Under the pieces are notes generated by a model, which was given only the letters and a program-made list of their open reading frames with translations, was not told where the DNA came from and made no database searches. A DNA stretch of 64,000 nt, the filler included, from Octopus bimaculoides (Eukaryota), in the NCBI RefSeq assembly GCF_001194135.2. It is 6 parts of 5 records of this genome, joined end to end, with 100 filler letters (N's around TTAATTAATTAA, not from the genome) between each part and the next. Parts side by side here need not be neighbours in the genome. Positions count along the whole stretch, not along the records: positions 1 to 24,108 come from NC_069001.1; 5 more parts are not named here. One strand, written 5' to 3'. The position numbers and the translations under genes are program-made. Positions 1 through 13,306 of this stretch are shown here, piece after piece (within the stretch, counting starts at the first letter, position 1; each line of letters starts with the position of its first letter).

Positions 1-136
1 ATATATATATCGAACAACTATTTATTTTATGAATGTTTAAAAGTTGTTTTTTTTAAATCATACAAACGCACATATTTAAATGTTTTTAGAATGTAATCTA
101 ATTATAAATTCTTGTTTTCTCTTTTGACTTTTGCAG

Positions 137-307
137 CAGCCATTCTGTACCGAAGTATCACAAGAGCTGAGAGTCGCTATTACTTGTTTGGGTTCATCTC
201 GCAAAAATGGCAAGACAAAATCAGATGACGCTAGGCTAGACAACCATCAACTCGTCCCTCTGACTTCTGGTCAGAATTCATTCTTAACGAAAGACATGAA
301 CACATGA
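137..307 (+). CDS. Candidate terminal coding exon of an unidentified host gene (QPFCTEVSQELRVAITCLGSSRKNGKTKSDDARLDNHQLVPLTSGQNSFLTKDMNT*)
   Basis: Strong acceptor (ttcttgttttctcttttgacttttgcag, AG at 135-136); frame open for 56 codons to TGA 305-307; higher complexity than flanks; followed by AT/CA-rich UTR-like sequence. A second frame (AILYRSITRAESRYYLFGFISQKWQDKIR*) is also open, so phase is uncertain. Confidence 0.45.
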   Translation, partial: QPFCTEVSQELRVAITCLGSSRKNGKTKSDDARLDNHQLVPLTSGQNSFLTKDMNT

Positions 308-3300
308 CAAAACGCCCAATGTATTACCTTAATATGATCCAAGAAGCGGTTCATAGTTTTTGCGGTCAAGACAAGTTGTCGAGTCGCATGAAATCGTACC
401 CCGGTATCAATGCATTTTTTTCCTACTAATTATTACTGTGAAGACANNNNNNNNNNATTATTACACAAATCATCTTCAAGATTTTTTTTATTGCTGGTAT
501 CCGATACGTACACACACAAATCATTTCGTTCAATAGTAATTCAACTATTGCAAGCGAAATGATTTGACACAAAAATATTACTTGAATAAAAAAAATACAA
601 AAAAACACAACACACAGAAACAAAAACAATATGACCAAAAAGACAAAAAAATATAAAGACAAATTTGACGATTAAGAAAAATCGAACGAAGTTTTTTGTA
701 AATTTTCTCTTTGTATGATTAAAAAAAAAATTAAATAAAAATAAAACAGACAATTTCATTTTGAGAAGTGAATGATTTTAATACACTGATAATTGCATTT
801 GTGGTTTAAAGAGTTTTGGACCAACAGTGCCTTAAGACTGGCTGTTTGGATTGTCTTATTATACACACACACACACATACACACGCAATCTGCCTGTTAT
901 TGTGAAACAGGATGCAGATCGTAATATTACAATGAGTTGTGATGGTCGCAAAATAAAAACAAATTCAATTTTCAAATCAATTAACAAAAAAAATAATGCA
1001 TGCTGATTACGATAATTGAAATGAAATGTATTTATTAGATTATAATTTTTTTTCAAATAGAATAGAAACAAAATTGTAAAGAAACAACAACAACAACTAA
1101 AACATGCAAACATGAAACTCTGTTGTGTATTATACAAACATGCACATATACACAAATAATCTTTTCTCCCTTTCTTTTATTTGTGTCTGTTGACTGTTTT
1201 CTGTTATATTTTTCTGTGTATGTATCAGTGTAACTCAGTACATGTGTATTCTCAGGTATGTTTGTGTGTATATGCATGTTCAAACATACTCCCTTACTAT
1301 ATCTCACTACAAAATATGTCCATTTGCACTTGCGTGTATATTCTAAAAATGTAAGTATATATATTATATGTGTCTGTGTGTATTTCTACACTCATATACT
1401 GAGCATGAATTTCTTTTTCAATAATAGATTGTCTGAAAAGTATGACGCAGATTGGTCAGCAACGGAACGATCATGCATGCAAACAATAAAAATAAGACGA
1501 TCATGAATGTTTGGACATATTTGCGAAGAAATGGAAAAAAAAAGTATATATTACTAGACATTTTCAAAATAAAATTTGTTACGAATAAAATTTAAATACA
1601 GCAAAAACAAAAGAAGAAAAACTATGAGAATACACAAGTGAGACCATTAACAGAAAACTGACTGTTTTGCAAAATGCTTTCTAAAGGAAGGTGAAAAAGA
1701 AAAGGAATAACTAACGAAAAAATTTACAACTTTTATACAAATGAACAGAACAAATAAATGGGCCAACTTAAAGACCTAAAAATTCTTAAATGTAAGGTCC
1801 AATGCTGAATACACGAAAGAAAACGAAAACTAAAGGAAACTCCACAAAATTCGCATACAGGTAAATGTATGGGAAAAAAGCGAAAAAAAGACAGTTTTCT
1901 CCGGCAACCAAATTCTGTCAAAATTATGTGTGCGTGTGTCTTTTTTCTAAATACTTTTTGACGAATGCGTTGTTTTAAGCAAGAATAACTACTACTTCCA
2001 ATAACCATTTTCCACTTGATAAAATATCTTTCAAACAAAACTGCCCTAATCCCTCTTTTAATAGCTTTTTTTTTTTTTTCAGAAAGGTAAATGAGAACGA
2101 AAGGCTTATAACCCTCCAAATTACTGTTCCAAAGAGGAAAAAAGAAACGCAATTAGTGTAACAATTTTCCTCCTGTTTACTGCTTCTGGTATTATACCTT
2201 ATTTTCATTACGCTCTATAACTCACTTTTACGTATGATATATACATATACAAATGTACACACATACTTCTCGCAAAAGTACACACATATATATATATATC
2301 TTTAAATACATAAATATACAGACATATAGATACATACACAGAGATAAAACCCCCACACACCTCCGATATATATCCTTGTACCTATATCTATCTTATGCTA
2401 TCAAATCATCATCTAACAAACTATGCATTAGGAAGCAAAGCCGAAGTTACAAATGAAACATAATATATCTAAAAGTAAATATGTAAAATACAACGCATAA
2501 CAGAACAATTCAAATAGAGTAACGAAAGGAAGATGGTTATTAAATCCTTGATTGTAATATGAAAAGCTGAGAAAAGTTTAATCTATACTGATTAAAAATC
2601 ACGAGAATGAGAGAGAGTGAATAAGTGAGACTGAGTGAAATATAAAATTTTTATCAACGAAATCTCAGTCAGATCTTCCTTTAGTACATGATATAATGTT
2701 TTAAACCAAATCTGCATATTGTATACAATAGAAAGTTATGTATACGACACAAACAGAAACGATATGATATACAAGACAGGCATAATGCTGTTATCTGCTT
2801 TACATTCACAAGTAAAATACATTTTTGTAATAACTTTAGTATAATCAAAATTACAAAATGAAAGCATAAACACATAATCAGTCAATCAATTAATCTATCA
2901 ATCAATCACTCAGTCGATGTGTCTGTCAGTAAAATAGTTTACTTCAGATATTCACGAAACACTTCTATAATATATTATGTTATCTCGTTGCTTTTAGCCC
3001 GACACTACATAATCCAAAATCATTTAATACACGTTAGTTTGTTGGTTTGTTTTGTTTTCAGTAGCAGCTCTCACCTGGCCCATTAGTTACAATTATCTAT
3101 CAATGATGTCTTCCATATTCTAGTGTTAATTTCAGTTTGCTCATTCTTGCAACAACACAATTGCAGAGGGGAAAATTAACAAAAGGTATGAAAACAGAAT
3201 GGCAAATAAAACGAATTGTGTGAATGTATTTTTTCTAACGATTGTAATGTAAACACTCAGTATAAAAGTCCCTCCACATCTTCTACGGAAATGGGTACTG

Positions 3301-4341
3301 ATTAGGACAACATATATACATACAATCACACACAAACAATATTTTGAGGATACGACAGGGATAACCTGATTTTCAATAATATATATTAGAGATACATAAA
3401 TATATATATTCGTATACAATTAGCGGGTATAACAATGAGAAACAGAGATTCAAAAATACACGTGTGATAGAAATATATATTTAGTGAGTAATCAATATAT
3501 ATTCTAAATAAAATACACACACTGACATATATACATTCACAAACAGAATATATATGTGTGTGAGTGAAAATATAAATAAGCAGTAAACATAACATGAACA
3601 TATTTTATACTTTTCTTACTACATAATTACATGTAGAATATCAAATATCTTCGAAGAGGAAAATACGACTAACATATAGGAAGACTTGTAAATTCAAAAG
3701 TGAAGTCACTTAAATGTAGCACATATAACATAATATCAAAACGTACTTTGCAATGCCATAACTGTAATATTATAATTACAGTAATATTGTAGTCATGAAA
3801 AAAAATATATAGATGCAATTAGAAAAAGTAAAGCATATGAATAAACATCATAATTAAAATTATAAGAGAATTTATAAGTAGAATGATGATAATAATAATA
3901 ATGATGAGAATAATAATAATAATAATAATTCAGTTAGATAGATGTATAATAATCATACAACAAACGATATGGTATATCTGCTGAATGTCATTTTGCTATT
4001 TCATTGTCATATATGCGTGTATGAATATGTATGTATATGTGTATGTAAGTAAGTATATATATTTATTTATATATATATAACATTACTGTACAATATGCCT
4101 GAACATCAACTTGTCTATATAAAATATTATATTCAATACAAACATTATGAATTTAATTGATAGTTTCGTTATAATTGTCATAATTTGATTAACTATGCTT
4201 ATTATTATGATTATTTAAATATGTTATTATTATTTAAACATTTAAGAACTACGGCGAGTTATCCGAATAGAGAGACAAGATTAAGTAGTTATGCAGCTAC
4301 AATTAAATCTTGTCATACAGTCAATATATATCACACACACA

Positions 4342-4345
<4 letters not shown>

Positions 4346-4419
<74 letters not shown>

Positions 4420-4590
4420 CATATGTATATATTATATGTATATCAGTCTATATATGCAAAAACGTTTATCCGTATATATAAGCTTATATGCATGTATATA
4501 TACATATATATATACCCATATGTATATATTATATGTATATCAGTCTATATATGCAAAAACGTTTATCCGTATATATAACCTTATATACAT
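4346..4590. repeat. (TA)n microsatellite followed by a ~97-bp tandem duplication
   Basis: (TA)n ~4346-4417; tatacccatatgtatatattatatgtatatcagtctatatatgcaaaaacgtttatccgtatatataa occurs at 4414 and 4511. Confidence 0.9.
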
Positions 4591-5408
4591 ATATATGTAT
4601 GTATGTATGTATGATCAGACAGGGACACGCGTATAAATGTTTACATAAATATATGCTTATGCATTCAAGATTTGATATTTTGTCAGTCTATATAAACATA
4701 TACACGGTCTTCACGCGTCCGTACTATTATTATTGTGCATTTAAATATAGGTAGTGTCTTTAATGAACATAATGTTTTAGAATGTTGTAATAACCCATAG
4801 CAGAAAATACATTTCTATATTCTATGAATAGGAAAAGCTCCTAGCTACTTTTATGATTTAGGAAATTAAATTGCAAATCATATCATGTAATGATATTCGG
4901 AGACATAAATTAACACAAACACCAACGCATGAATAGAGACACTCATACATAGATATATATATATATATACCTGTATGTGTTTACCTGCGTGTACACACAT
5001 CCCTATAATTAAGCATACATAACACCTATAACCTATTTTTACCGTTTTTAGAGTTAAAGTAAACTAAAAGACTATAATTGCATTCTATTAATTGTAAGAT
5101 AGGTCATCTCTCGTCGAGTGAATGCAGATTTAATCATTATACATACATATATATATTCATCTATGTGTGTGTGATTATATGAATGTACAGGAAGGTAGGT
5201 AGATTCTCACACTTATATCTATATATATATACACACACATTTATAATGGCTTGTTTGTCTAAGTTCCTAAGCGTGATTTTTTTTTTGTAGGAATATAAAC
5301 CTAAAATGTTGTAGATTCAGGTTACTTCTAGATAAAAAATAACTATATGAATATGCGTTAATAAGAGGACCCACTTCCAGTTAGAATAATTCATTTTCTG
5401 ATTCACAG

Positions 5409-5467
5409 CTTTGAATCTTATATGACTCATCTTCAATGTGCTGATGACTTCGTGATGAAATTTTGTT
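5409..5467 (+). CDS. Candidate internal micro-exon (xFESYMTHLQCADDFVMKFC), phase 2 to 1
   Basis: Acceptor aattcattttctgattcacag (AG 5407-5408), donor GTGAGT at 5468, open frame. No family recognised. Confidence 0.35.
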
Positions 5468-6926
5468 GTGAGTGACATCAGTTTTCTGAGGACATTGAAT
5501 ACGTACTTAGAATAGAAATATTATGTTGTTATTAATTTCGTTAAACTGTGTATTATTATGATCATCATTTTTATTATTATCATTATTATTAATTTTGTTG
5601 ATACTCCTAATATAATCACCCATATAGACGTACAGGATTTGAATGTATAAGCATACATGGAAAGCATTTTTGTAATGTATGTATATGTGACTATGAACTA
5701 ATACGAAATAAACCTGAACAACATCCCATATATTATACATATACATGCATATATATATCATATGTATAATCATACATGCATATATATGTATGTATCGTAT
5801 TGATATATATATATATATATATATAGTCAACATATGTGTAAATATATGTACATACAAAACGTATATGCCTATGCGTAGCTATCTATATACCTACCTGTAT
5901 ACAAATGCATATATATCTGTGTACACACATACATATGTACATAAATATGTATGTACATGCATATGTCTAATTGTAAGTATATATGTATACATATATGTAT
6001 GTATCCAAACACTAATTCATATGCATGTATATATTTATATATATGTTCTTATAAACATATATATATATGTATATATTTATATCCATACATATATTACATA
6101 CATATATACACTTGCACCGGCGGCGTCGTTCACAAATAACAATTAGAAATGAGAAATACAATCATATTAATCCAATAATTAAAATATATATATATACGAA
6201 AACCATGTTATAATTGAGTAAATAACGTTAACATATATCAACATTGGAAGTGTTTATTATTACATTGTTATATCTATCACTGTTATTAATATTCTATTAA
6301 TGATGAGCATTATTATAGCAATATTAATATATATATTAACATAATGTATCCGAAATCAGCGTAGACCATTTTAATGATTTTGCTTCAGTTGAATTATATT
6401 TTAAGAAAATTTTGGTTTATTTTTATTTTTCTTCATGGTTAGACACTACAGTTTATCACAAATTTTTGTATTAACAACATAACAATTTCTTGTGAATCTC
6501 TTGAGTTTGTCTTCCTTTCGTTTATTATTATTATTATTACATTTACTATTATGATTATTGATATTACTTTTATGATATTTTTTTCGTTTTCATAAATAAG
6601 TTTCTTTTTTTGAGTTTGCTACTTGTCACAATTATTAGCTGGAATAAAGCTCTGAGCTAGGTGAACAAAATAAAATGCCAAATAATTTTTTTTCGTCATT
6701 AATAAACATCGTGTTTGCTTTTGATTTCATATACCTTTGTTTATTTTTTTTCCATTTTCTTTTGTATGTGTTTGCTTCTGAGTAACTGTAACCAAGATAA
6801 GACATTTCCAATTTCATGTTTTATATACAGTAAACTTTGTTGAATTAAAAGAAGTAAAAAATCACATTTGTTTCCTTTTCTTTACGTTTATTCTACCTAA
6901 TCCGTTTTCTCTTCTATTCTCTCAAG

Positions 6927-6970
6927 AATATTCTTTAAGCAATTGGATCATCAGTCAGAGTGAATTGGAG
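6927..6970 (+). CDS. Candidate micro-exon (xYSLSNWIISQSELE); alternative acceptor at 6939
   Basis: Long pyrimidine tract ttttctcttctattctctcaag, donor GAG|GTAACA at 6971; only one frame open from 6927. Confidence 0.25.
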
Positions 6971-7629
6971 GTAACATTTTCTGCTAATATTTTGTTATTT
7001 GTTTTCATTTTCGAAATTATATATATACATTTCTAATTTGTTTTATAATATTACATAAAAGAATTGAATATGTCAGAAACATTTTTGTAATATTTGTAAG
7101 TGAAGTACCGACAATAAAATATGGTGAGAACAACAAGCGACAGGTTACAACGATGTGTGGTCTAGTTTCCGACTAACTGTTCTTTTTTGACTAATTTTAG
7201 ATTTCTATCTTTTTAGGAAAGCGACTTTTTTTTTACATACCCCTCACGTAAATATATTATCTTCGGATTTAACAATAAATAAATGCCAGTGGATTGGCAG
7301 GACCGTTAAATCTTAAACATAATTACTAGTAATATTTGTTCCCAAAGATTGCTTTCATATACCAAGTAGACCAGCATGACACTTATTCGTGCTTTTATAC
7401 ACATAAGTACTTTGAAAGATTTTTGTACGCTGTTAGTTTGACTTTTTTATTAATGATGTTGATACAATAAATTATCATAGTAGAATTTAATGATATGTTA
7501 TTGATAAGAGCACATGACACATTAGAACTCATACCCGCTCAAAGTGAAACATAAGATGAGTTCACTACTGTCATACGAAAATTGTTGGTCTGTATGATTT
7601 TATAAGCAGCGAATTAGGAATTAAGTTTG

Positions 7630-7770
7630 ATCGTTGAAGTGCAGGCTCGTGGTATTTGTTCAACGTCTTTACAATCTGAGTTCGATTACTGCCGCGGTCA
7701 GATATGGTTTTCAACATTATAACGCTGATAACGAATGTTCAGCTCATGTACCATTGGGGTTGAATTTTGT
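7630..7770 (+). mobile_element. Degraded tRNA-derived SINE fragment
   Basis: ggtatttgttcaacgtctttacaatctgagttcgattactgccgcggtc resembles the ggtatttcgtctg...gttctgagttcaaattccgccgaggtc core seen in better copies (8565, 15586). Confidence 0.5.
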
Positions 7771-8564
7771 GTTGCGGATTCAGTAATGTGACACTAGAGA
7801 AGCGAGATGGCTGGCCATTTATTGAATACTGTTATCTAGAAAATGATTTAGTGAGAACAGAGTAACCTCTTATTCTACACACTGAAAATCCATGTATGCT
7901 ACTGGAGGTGTCTACGAAAGAATTTAGGTAATGTACTATACAGTATAGAGCAGAAATAAACAAGTAACATAGTAGCCTAATGGCAACACATCAGACACAC
8001 ACATCCTATCTGTCGCTTGTATATATAATTTGTACTCACTTGATAAAAATCACGAACCATTGAAAGAGAAATTGTGTGAGAAAAAAAACCACGTTCTCGA
8101 TCATTACCTGATTCGTGTTTACTCTGGAGATTTTTTTGTGTAAAGGAATGTAATGTATATTTGAAAAAAGAATGCCAATATTGCTACGTAAAATATATGT
8201 CAACTCACTTTCCATTCAAATGTGTTGAAGCAGAAACAAGAAATTGCGTCACAAACAATTGAAGTTTGTCTTACATCAACTTTGAAATATTTCAGAGATC
8301 ACAGAACAAAAAAAAAAAAACTTTTTTAAGTATGACATATAAGTTTTCATTGTTCTCATTTATTTTCTCTTTTCGTTTAAGTTGCGGTAGATCAAGTGAG
8401 AGTTTATTGGCAAACCAGAGTTTGTACAACACTTTTAAATTTTAAATGTATGTAATTCCATTATATGTGTATAAAATGTATGTACTTATTGTTGCATAAG
8501 AAATTCTATGAAGGCAATGCATATATTCAGGCGTATTTTTATGTTATTTCTATACTATCTATGT

Positions 8565-8865
8565 GGAGCGGCAAGCTGGTACGCTCGTTAGCGCGTCGGG
8601 CGAAATGCTTAGTGGTATTTCGCCTGTCTTGACGTTCTGAGTTCAAATTCCGCCAAGGTCAATTTGAATTCAGAACGTAGCTACGGGCGTACTGCTATAT
8701 ATTTCTTCAGGCGCGCTAATAATTCTACCAGCTCGCCGCCTTATTAATCTATTATGAAAGGAAGAAATAACTTCGCGCGGAGTTTTCACACACAACGAAG
8801 CGACGGGTGAAACATCGCTAAGCATTTCGTCCAGGCACCAATAATTCTGACAGTTCGCTAACCTA
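8565..8865. mobile_element. Cluster of three tRNA-derived SINE heads: + (8565-8660), - (8661-8737), - (~8790-8865)
   Basis: gcaagctggtacgctcgttagcgcgtcgggcgaaatgcttagtggtatttcg...gttctgagttcaaattccgcc on +, with reverse-complement copies immediately downstream. Confidence 0.8.
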
Positions 8866-8999
8866 TTAATCACCACAATGACACAAGTTATGATATAACG
8901 AGTTATTTACGAAGTTTAGTTTATTTCTATCAGTTATAAATTGGAGGTAAATTTGAGGGAAGGGGAGATTTGAGGGGGAGCAGTAGTCATGAAGGAGAA

Positions 9000-9170
9000 G
9001 GCAATATATATACATACATAAATTTAAACATGTATATATAAATATATATATATTTAAATATATATTTGTAAATATATATATAAATATATATAAATGTAAA
9101 TAGATATATAAATATATATATAAATGTAAATATATATATAAATATATATATAAATGTAAATATATATATG

Positions 9171-9203
<33 letters not shown>
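9000..9203. repeat. AT-rich microsatellite/minisatellite (tatatataaatgtaaa units) running into a gap
   Basis: Direct reading of the sequence. Confidence 0.9.
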
Positions 9204-9994
9204 NNNNNNNNNNNNNNNNNNNNNNNNNNNNNNNNNNNNNNNNNNNNNNNNNNNNNNNNNNNNNNNNNNNNNNNNNNNNNNNNNNNNNNNNNNNNNNNNN
9301 NNNTACATATTTTTATAAGCCCGCAAATATCTAAAAATATTTTTAAACATTTAGAAATACACAGGCATTCTAAAATAGAAGACGTTGATATGAAATAGGA
9401 TATAGTAATTTATAAGATAATAGGTTATGTTACAAGGACTAAAAATTTCAAGTTAGAACACGAAGCGTGTGGAAAGTCGAAAGTCAGACATTTTACAGCC
9501 TTAAACGGACATACTAAAATTAGAGGCAATATTCAATGGATCCACAAGTTTCATCGACGTGCCGTTTCGGAGGCGTGTCAGTTAATATGGATAAAAGTGT
9601 CAGTTAATAAGGATAAAAGAAAAAATAATAATTTAAAATCTAAAATTTAAATTTGTAATATAAAGTTTAAAATATGATTCAAAATTATTCTATAATTAAT
9701 GAAGGAAATACTAGTAGATGCTATAATACGTAGCAAGGATGTAATTGGTATGACTTGAACTAGGGATGGCTAGTTTTGGATAAGTATGGGAATGGAATTA
9801 AAAATACAATAAAAATACTATGATGCTCTGGTCTGCACAGGCCTTTAACTGGATTCGACGTGTTTAAGTATAGCTCTGAGTGGTGTGTTATGAAAAATTG
9901 ATTTTTGAAACTGTTATTGGACATTGTTGATATTGTCGTTGGATTTGTTGATTAAAGTATTGTTGAATTTGTTTTTTCTACCCATTGTTGGGTA

Positions 9995-11130
9995 TGGAAG
10001 CTGGCAGCTATGCTGCGGTGGCAGGCAAAAGCCAGACACCCAACATGTTGCAGCTAAGTCAAGTTGAGGCGGAAGGCAGAGATTTAAAAAAGATATTATA
10101 GACTAATTGTGAAGGAGGGAGATTGCCTCCGCTTAACACCACCAGTCGACGTGTTGCAAAAGGCAGAGAGAAAAATAATAGTTTATCGAGCATTTAACAT
10201 AAAAACGAAAAAGATTGAAGTGGCGGAAATCGAAGAAATTGAGAAATGTTTACAAGAGATTAAAGAAGTTACAACATATTGATCGAGAGGAAAGAAGTAC
10301 GGCACGGTGGAGGTGTGCTTCATTAACGAGGAAGAGGCAAAAAGGCACGCCACGAGGCCTTTGAGATCAACAAAGGGAGCACTCTTACCGATCTACTGCG
10401 GGAAACGTGCCGTAAGAGTTAGGATAGGGAGAGTGCCCTCAGAGATTGATGAAGCATGGCTGGTGGCAGCCATCATCTACAACTGCGAGGAGGAGGTAGA
10501 TATAATAAAAGTGGAGAGGTCGAAGATCAGCTGGTGGGGTTATGGGCTCGAAGCGTTGATACACAAAACCCTGCCAGATCTACATAAGATGGCGGAGGAG
10601 TTGGTGCTCCCCGATGAGATCCGACTGAGGGTCGTGGTGGAGGGGAGATCGCCAATATGCTATAACTGCAGAGAAAGAGAGGAAGGGGAAACATGCAAGC
10701 AAGGTATCCCCAGAAACAAGGGCAGATGGACGAAGTAGAAGTAGTGGTGGTAGAAGCGGAAAAGAAATAGGAGGAAGCTGCGACAGACAGGAAAAGAACG
10801 AAAGTTGAGTCTCCGCCAAAAAGTCCCAAGAAAAGAAAAGCGGAGACAAAGAAACAAGAAATCATCGAAAAAGAGAGTATGGAGATTCGAACGCAGGAAC
10901 CAGAGCCAACGGCAAGCAGGAGGAAGAAAATTGAAGACCAAAGAGTGAGAGACAAGAAGTATGATGAGTGGAGGGAGAGAGTGAGGAGGAGGAGAGAGGA
11001 ATATGTAGCACAAACAGGACAAATTTCTGGACGAAATAGAAGAATAATGTTAAGATACAGTAAGAATGTAGAGATAGAAAAAAAAACTAGCAAATATGAA
11101 AAATATAATACGAGTCGAACTGAATTATGA
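9995..11130 (+). mobile_element. L1/Tx1-clade LINE ORF1, pseudogenised (RRM-like region, zinc-knuckle remnant, basic/charged tail)
   Basis: ATG at ~9996 gives MEAGSYAAVAGK...; continues ...KAERKIIVYRAFNIKTKKIEVAEIEEIEKCLQE...GTVEVCFINEEEAKRHA...RVRIGRVPSEIDEAWL...RVVVEGRSPICYNCRE; several stops and frameshifts. Confidence 0.85.
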
Positions 11131-11469
11131 GTAATTACAAAAAAAATTACAAAAAAAAAAGAAGAAAACACGTTCATGCCCATTAAGGCAAATAACAATA
11201 GACTCGTCAACCGTTTGGCAGATGGCATAACTGGCAAACGTGTCGATAAAAACTCATCCAAAGACTTTATCGTGTACAACATCGGCCGGAAGGATTACAG
11301 ATGGATTAAGTTTTTGAGTTCTTCCATGACGTGGGCCCTCTAAGAATGGATTTTTCTTTACATGTTTCTGAAGGTCTGCATCAAATTAACCCATGAACCC
11401 TGGAAAAGAAAAAAAAACAGGAAAAGTAAAAGATGAAACGTCGAACCACTGATGCGAAGGTAGGCAATG

Positions 11470-12243
11470 TTTATCATGCATGTTGGTTGTATAAATTTGT
11501 GTGGCCTGATGTCAAGCTGGAAGCAAAGTCGCTTCCTTAATGACATCAGGTCACGGAACTTGGTTGTTATTGTTGCTACGGAAACCCTGTTAAGGTGACC
11601 AAGAGATTTGCTTTCCCTGTTGAATGGCTACGAGTTTTTTCTCTCCAGGCTGTCCTTCTAAGGGAAGCGGGGTGTTGGTCCTATTAAAAAGAGACCGGGT
11701 TTCTGAGAAGTTTTTTTTTTCCAGATCCAAAAGGTAGGCTGGTCGTTATGGACTCGACGTTCAGACATAGTAAAGTTTTCAGACTGGTTGCAATTTACGC
11801 ACCCTAGGTATCCGGACAAAATGAATATTTTCGGCATCTGGAGAAGTTTCTTGGTACTTCACATTCTTTAGTTGTGCTATGTGACTTAAAACAATCTGTG
11901 AGGTGCGCGTAGATTATGTTGGCTTGTGCACTGTAAGAAAAGGTAATTCTTGCTTCCTGGAACTGCTAAGCCGCTTTGAGCTAGCAGATACTTATAGGTT
12001 GGAATTTCCGAACGCTCCATTGTGGACATGGTCAAATAGCGACGGATCTTCCAGGACATACTTAGTGTTAATTAGAAAAACAGATTGAAAGATAGCTAGG
12101 TGTCCATAGTTTTACCCGGTCAGCTACAGTGATCATAAAATGGTCACCTGTAGGCTTAACTTAGGTAAGCTATATAATAGAGGCTCTGGCTACTGAAACT
12201 TAATACGTCCCTTTTGGCGATTAAGGAGTACAGAGACCGGATA
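11470..12243 (+). mobile_element. L1/Tx1-clade LINE ORF2 AP-endonuclease domain, degraded and 3'-truncated (no RT)
   Basis: MHVGCINLCGL...RFLNDIRSRNLVVIVATET, LVAIYAP, WTWSNSDGSSRT, YSDHKMV, GY*KLNTSLL (the W-K-L-N-x-S-L-L motif typical of Tx1/L1). Ends abruptly at YRDRI. Confidence 0.88.
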
Positions 12244-12884
12244 TCAACGTCTTCTATTTTAAAATGTCTATGTATTTATAAATGCTTTTTTTATATATAT
12301 ATTTTTGAATATCTGTTTTTAATTATTCTGTGCTTGTATTCTGACCTAAATTTTTATTCCTATATAGTATATCGTGTGAACTTATAACTCACTATTTTTT
12401 ATATAATATCGACGTTTTTATATCTTATTATGTGTATATTTTGTAATTGTTTTACTTATATATTTTTTTAAATGCCTATGTATTTATAAATATGTTTTAA
12501 ATATCTTTAGATATTTGCGGGCTTATAAAAATATGTATATGTCTATATGCTTGTATGTTATTAATACTTCTAAGTCGAGCTTTATGTCGCTTTAATAATG
12601 TCGAAGTAAGTGTGCATATATATTGAATATTCTGCTGGATATTAGGTTATGTTCCTCTAGTTTTCCGCTCATATTGCCTTCACTTGAATTGTAAATTGGA
12701 ACTTAGCTCAATTTGAGCACTTCGATTCTAGCCTGTCTACGAGTATTGTTAATTAATAACAATATCTATAAAATAATACAATTTATACATATATTGTATA
12801 TCTGTAATTTATGAGATGTGTCATTTAAAATGAATCGAATTCATAATTGGTCACTTTAGAGTTTTGTTTTCCATTTCTTATTTA

Positions 12885-13012
12885 GGCGATCTTTCGATAC
12901 CACTACCAAATATCGTCCTTTCCCGTTAAAAGTGTCTTCGGCGATCTTTACAAAAGATCGGCCTTTTTTACGGAAAAGTCCGATATTTGGTACTGGTATC
13001 GAAAGATCGCCC
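12885..13012. mobile_element. 128-bp palindromic MITE with TTA target-site duplication (Tourist/PIF-Harbinger-like)
   Basis: ggcgatctttcgataccactaccaaatatcg (from 12885) is the near-perfect reverse complement of cgatatttggtactggtatcgaaagatcgccc (ending 13012); inner hairpin cgatcttt-aca-aaagatcg; TTA at 12882-12884 and 13013-13015. Confidence 0.75.
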
Positions 13013-13019
13013 TTATTTA

Positions 13020-13030
13020 TATTTATATAT

Positions 13031-13076
<46 letters not shown>

Positions 13077-13305
13077 GTATGTATATGTATGTATGTATAT
13101 GTATGTATATATACATATATGTATGTATACGTATGTATATATACATGTGTATGTATGTATGTATGTGTACGTGTGTATGTATCTATGTGTACGTATGTAT
13201 GTGTACGTGTGTATGTATCTATGTGTACGTGTGTATGTGTATGCATGTATGCGTATGCATGTACGTATGTTTACATATGCATGTATGTATATATATATAT
13301 ATATA
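13020..13305. repeat. Compound (TA)n/(TATG)n/(TG)n microsatellite
   Basis: Direct reading of the sequence. Confidence 0.95.
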
Positions 13306-13306
13306 A

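Noticed and set aside
5441-5460. CTGATGA...GAAA hammerhead core
   Set aside because: No pairing for stem II or stem I; better explained as chance or exon sequence.
4185-6146. ORFs rich in YI/HT/CV/VC repeats here and at 13, 45, 57-59 and 63.6 kb
   Set aside because: Translations of (TA)n, (CA)n and (TATG)n microsatellites.
8565-8660. tRNA gene
   Set aside because: A/B-box-like motifs belong to SINE heads; no cloverleaf with acceptor stem.
10527-11282. 251-aa hydrophobic, membrane-protein-like ORF on the minus strand
   Set aside because: Antisense shadow of the purine-rich Tx1 ORF1 tail.
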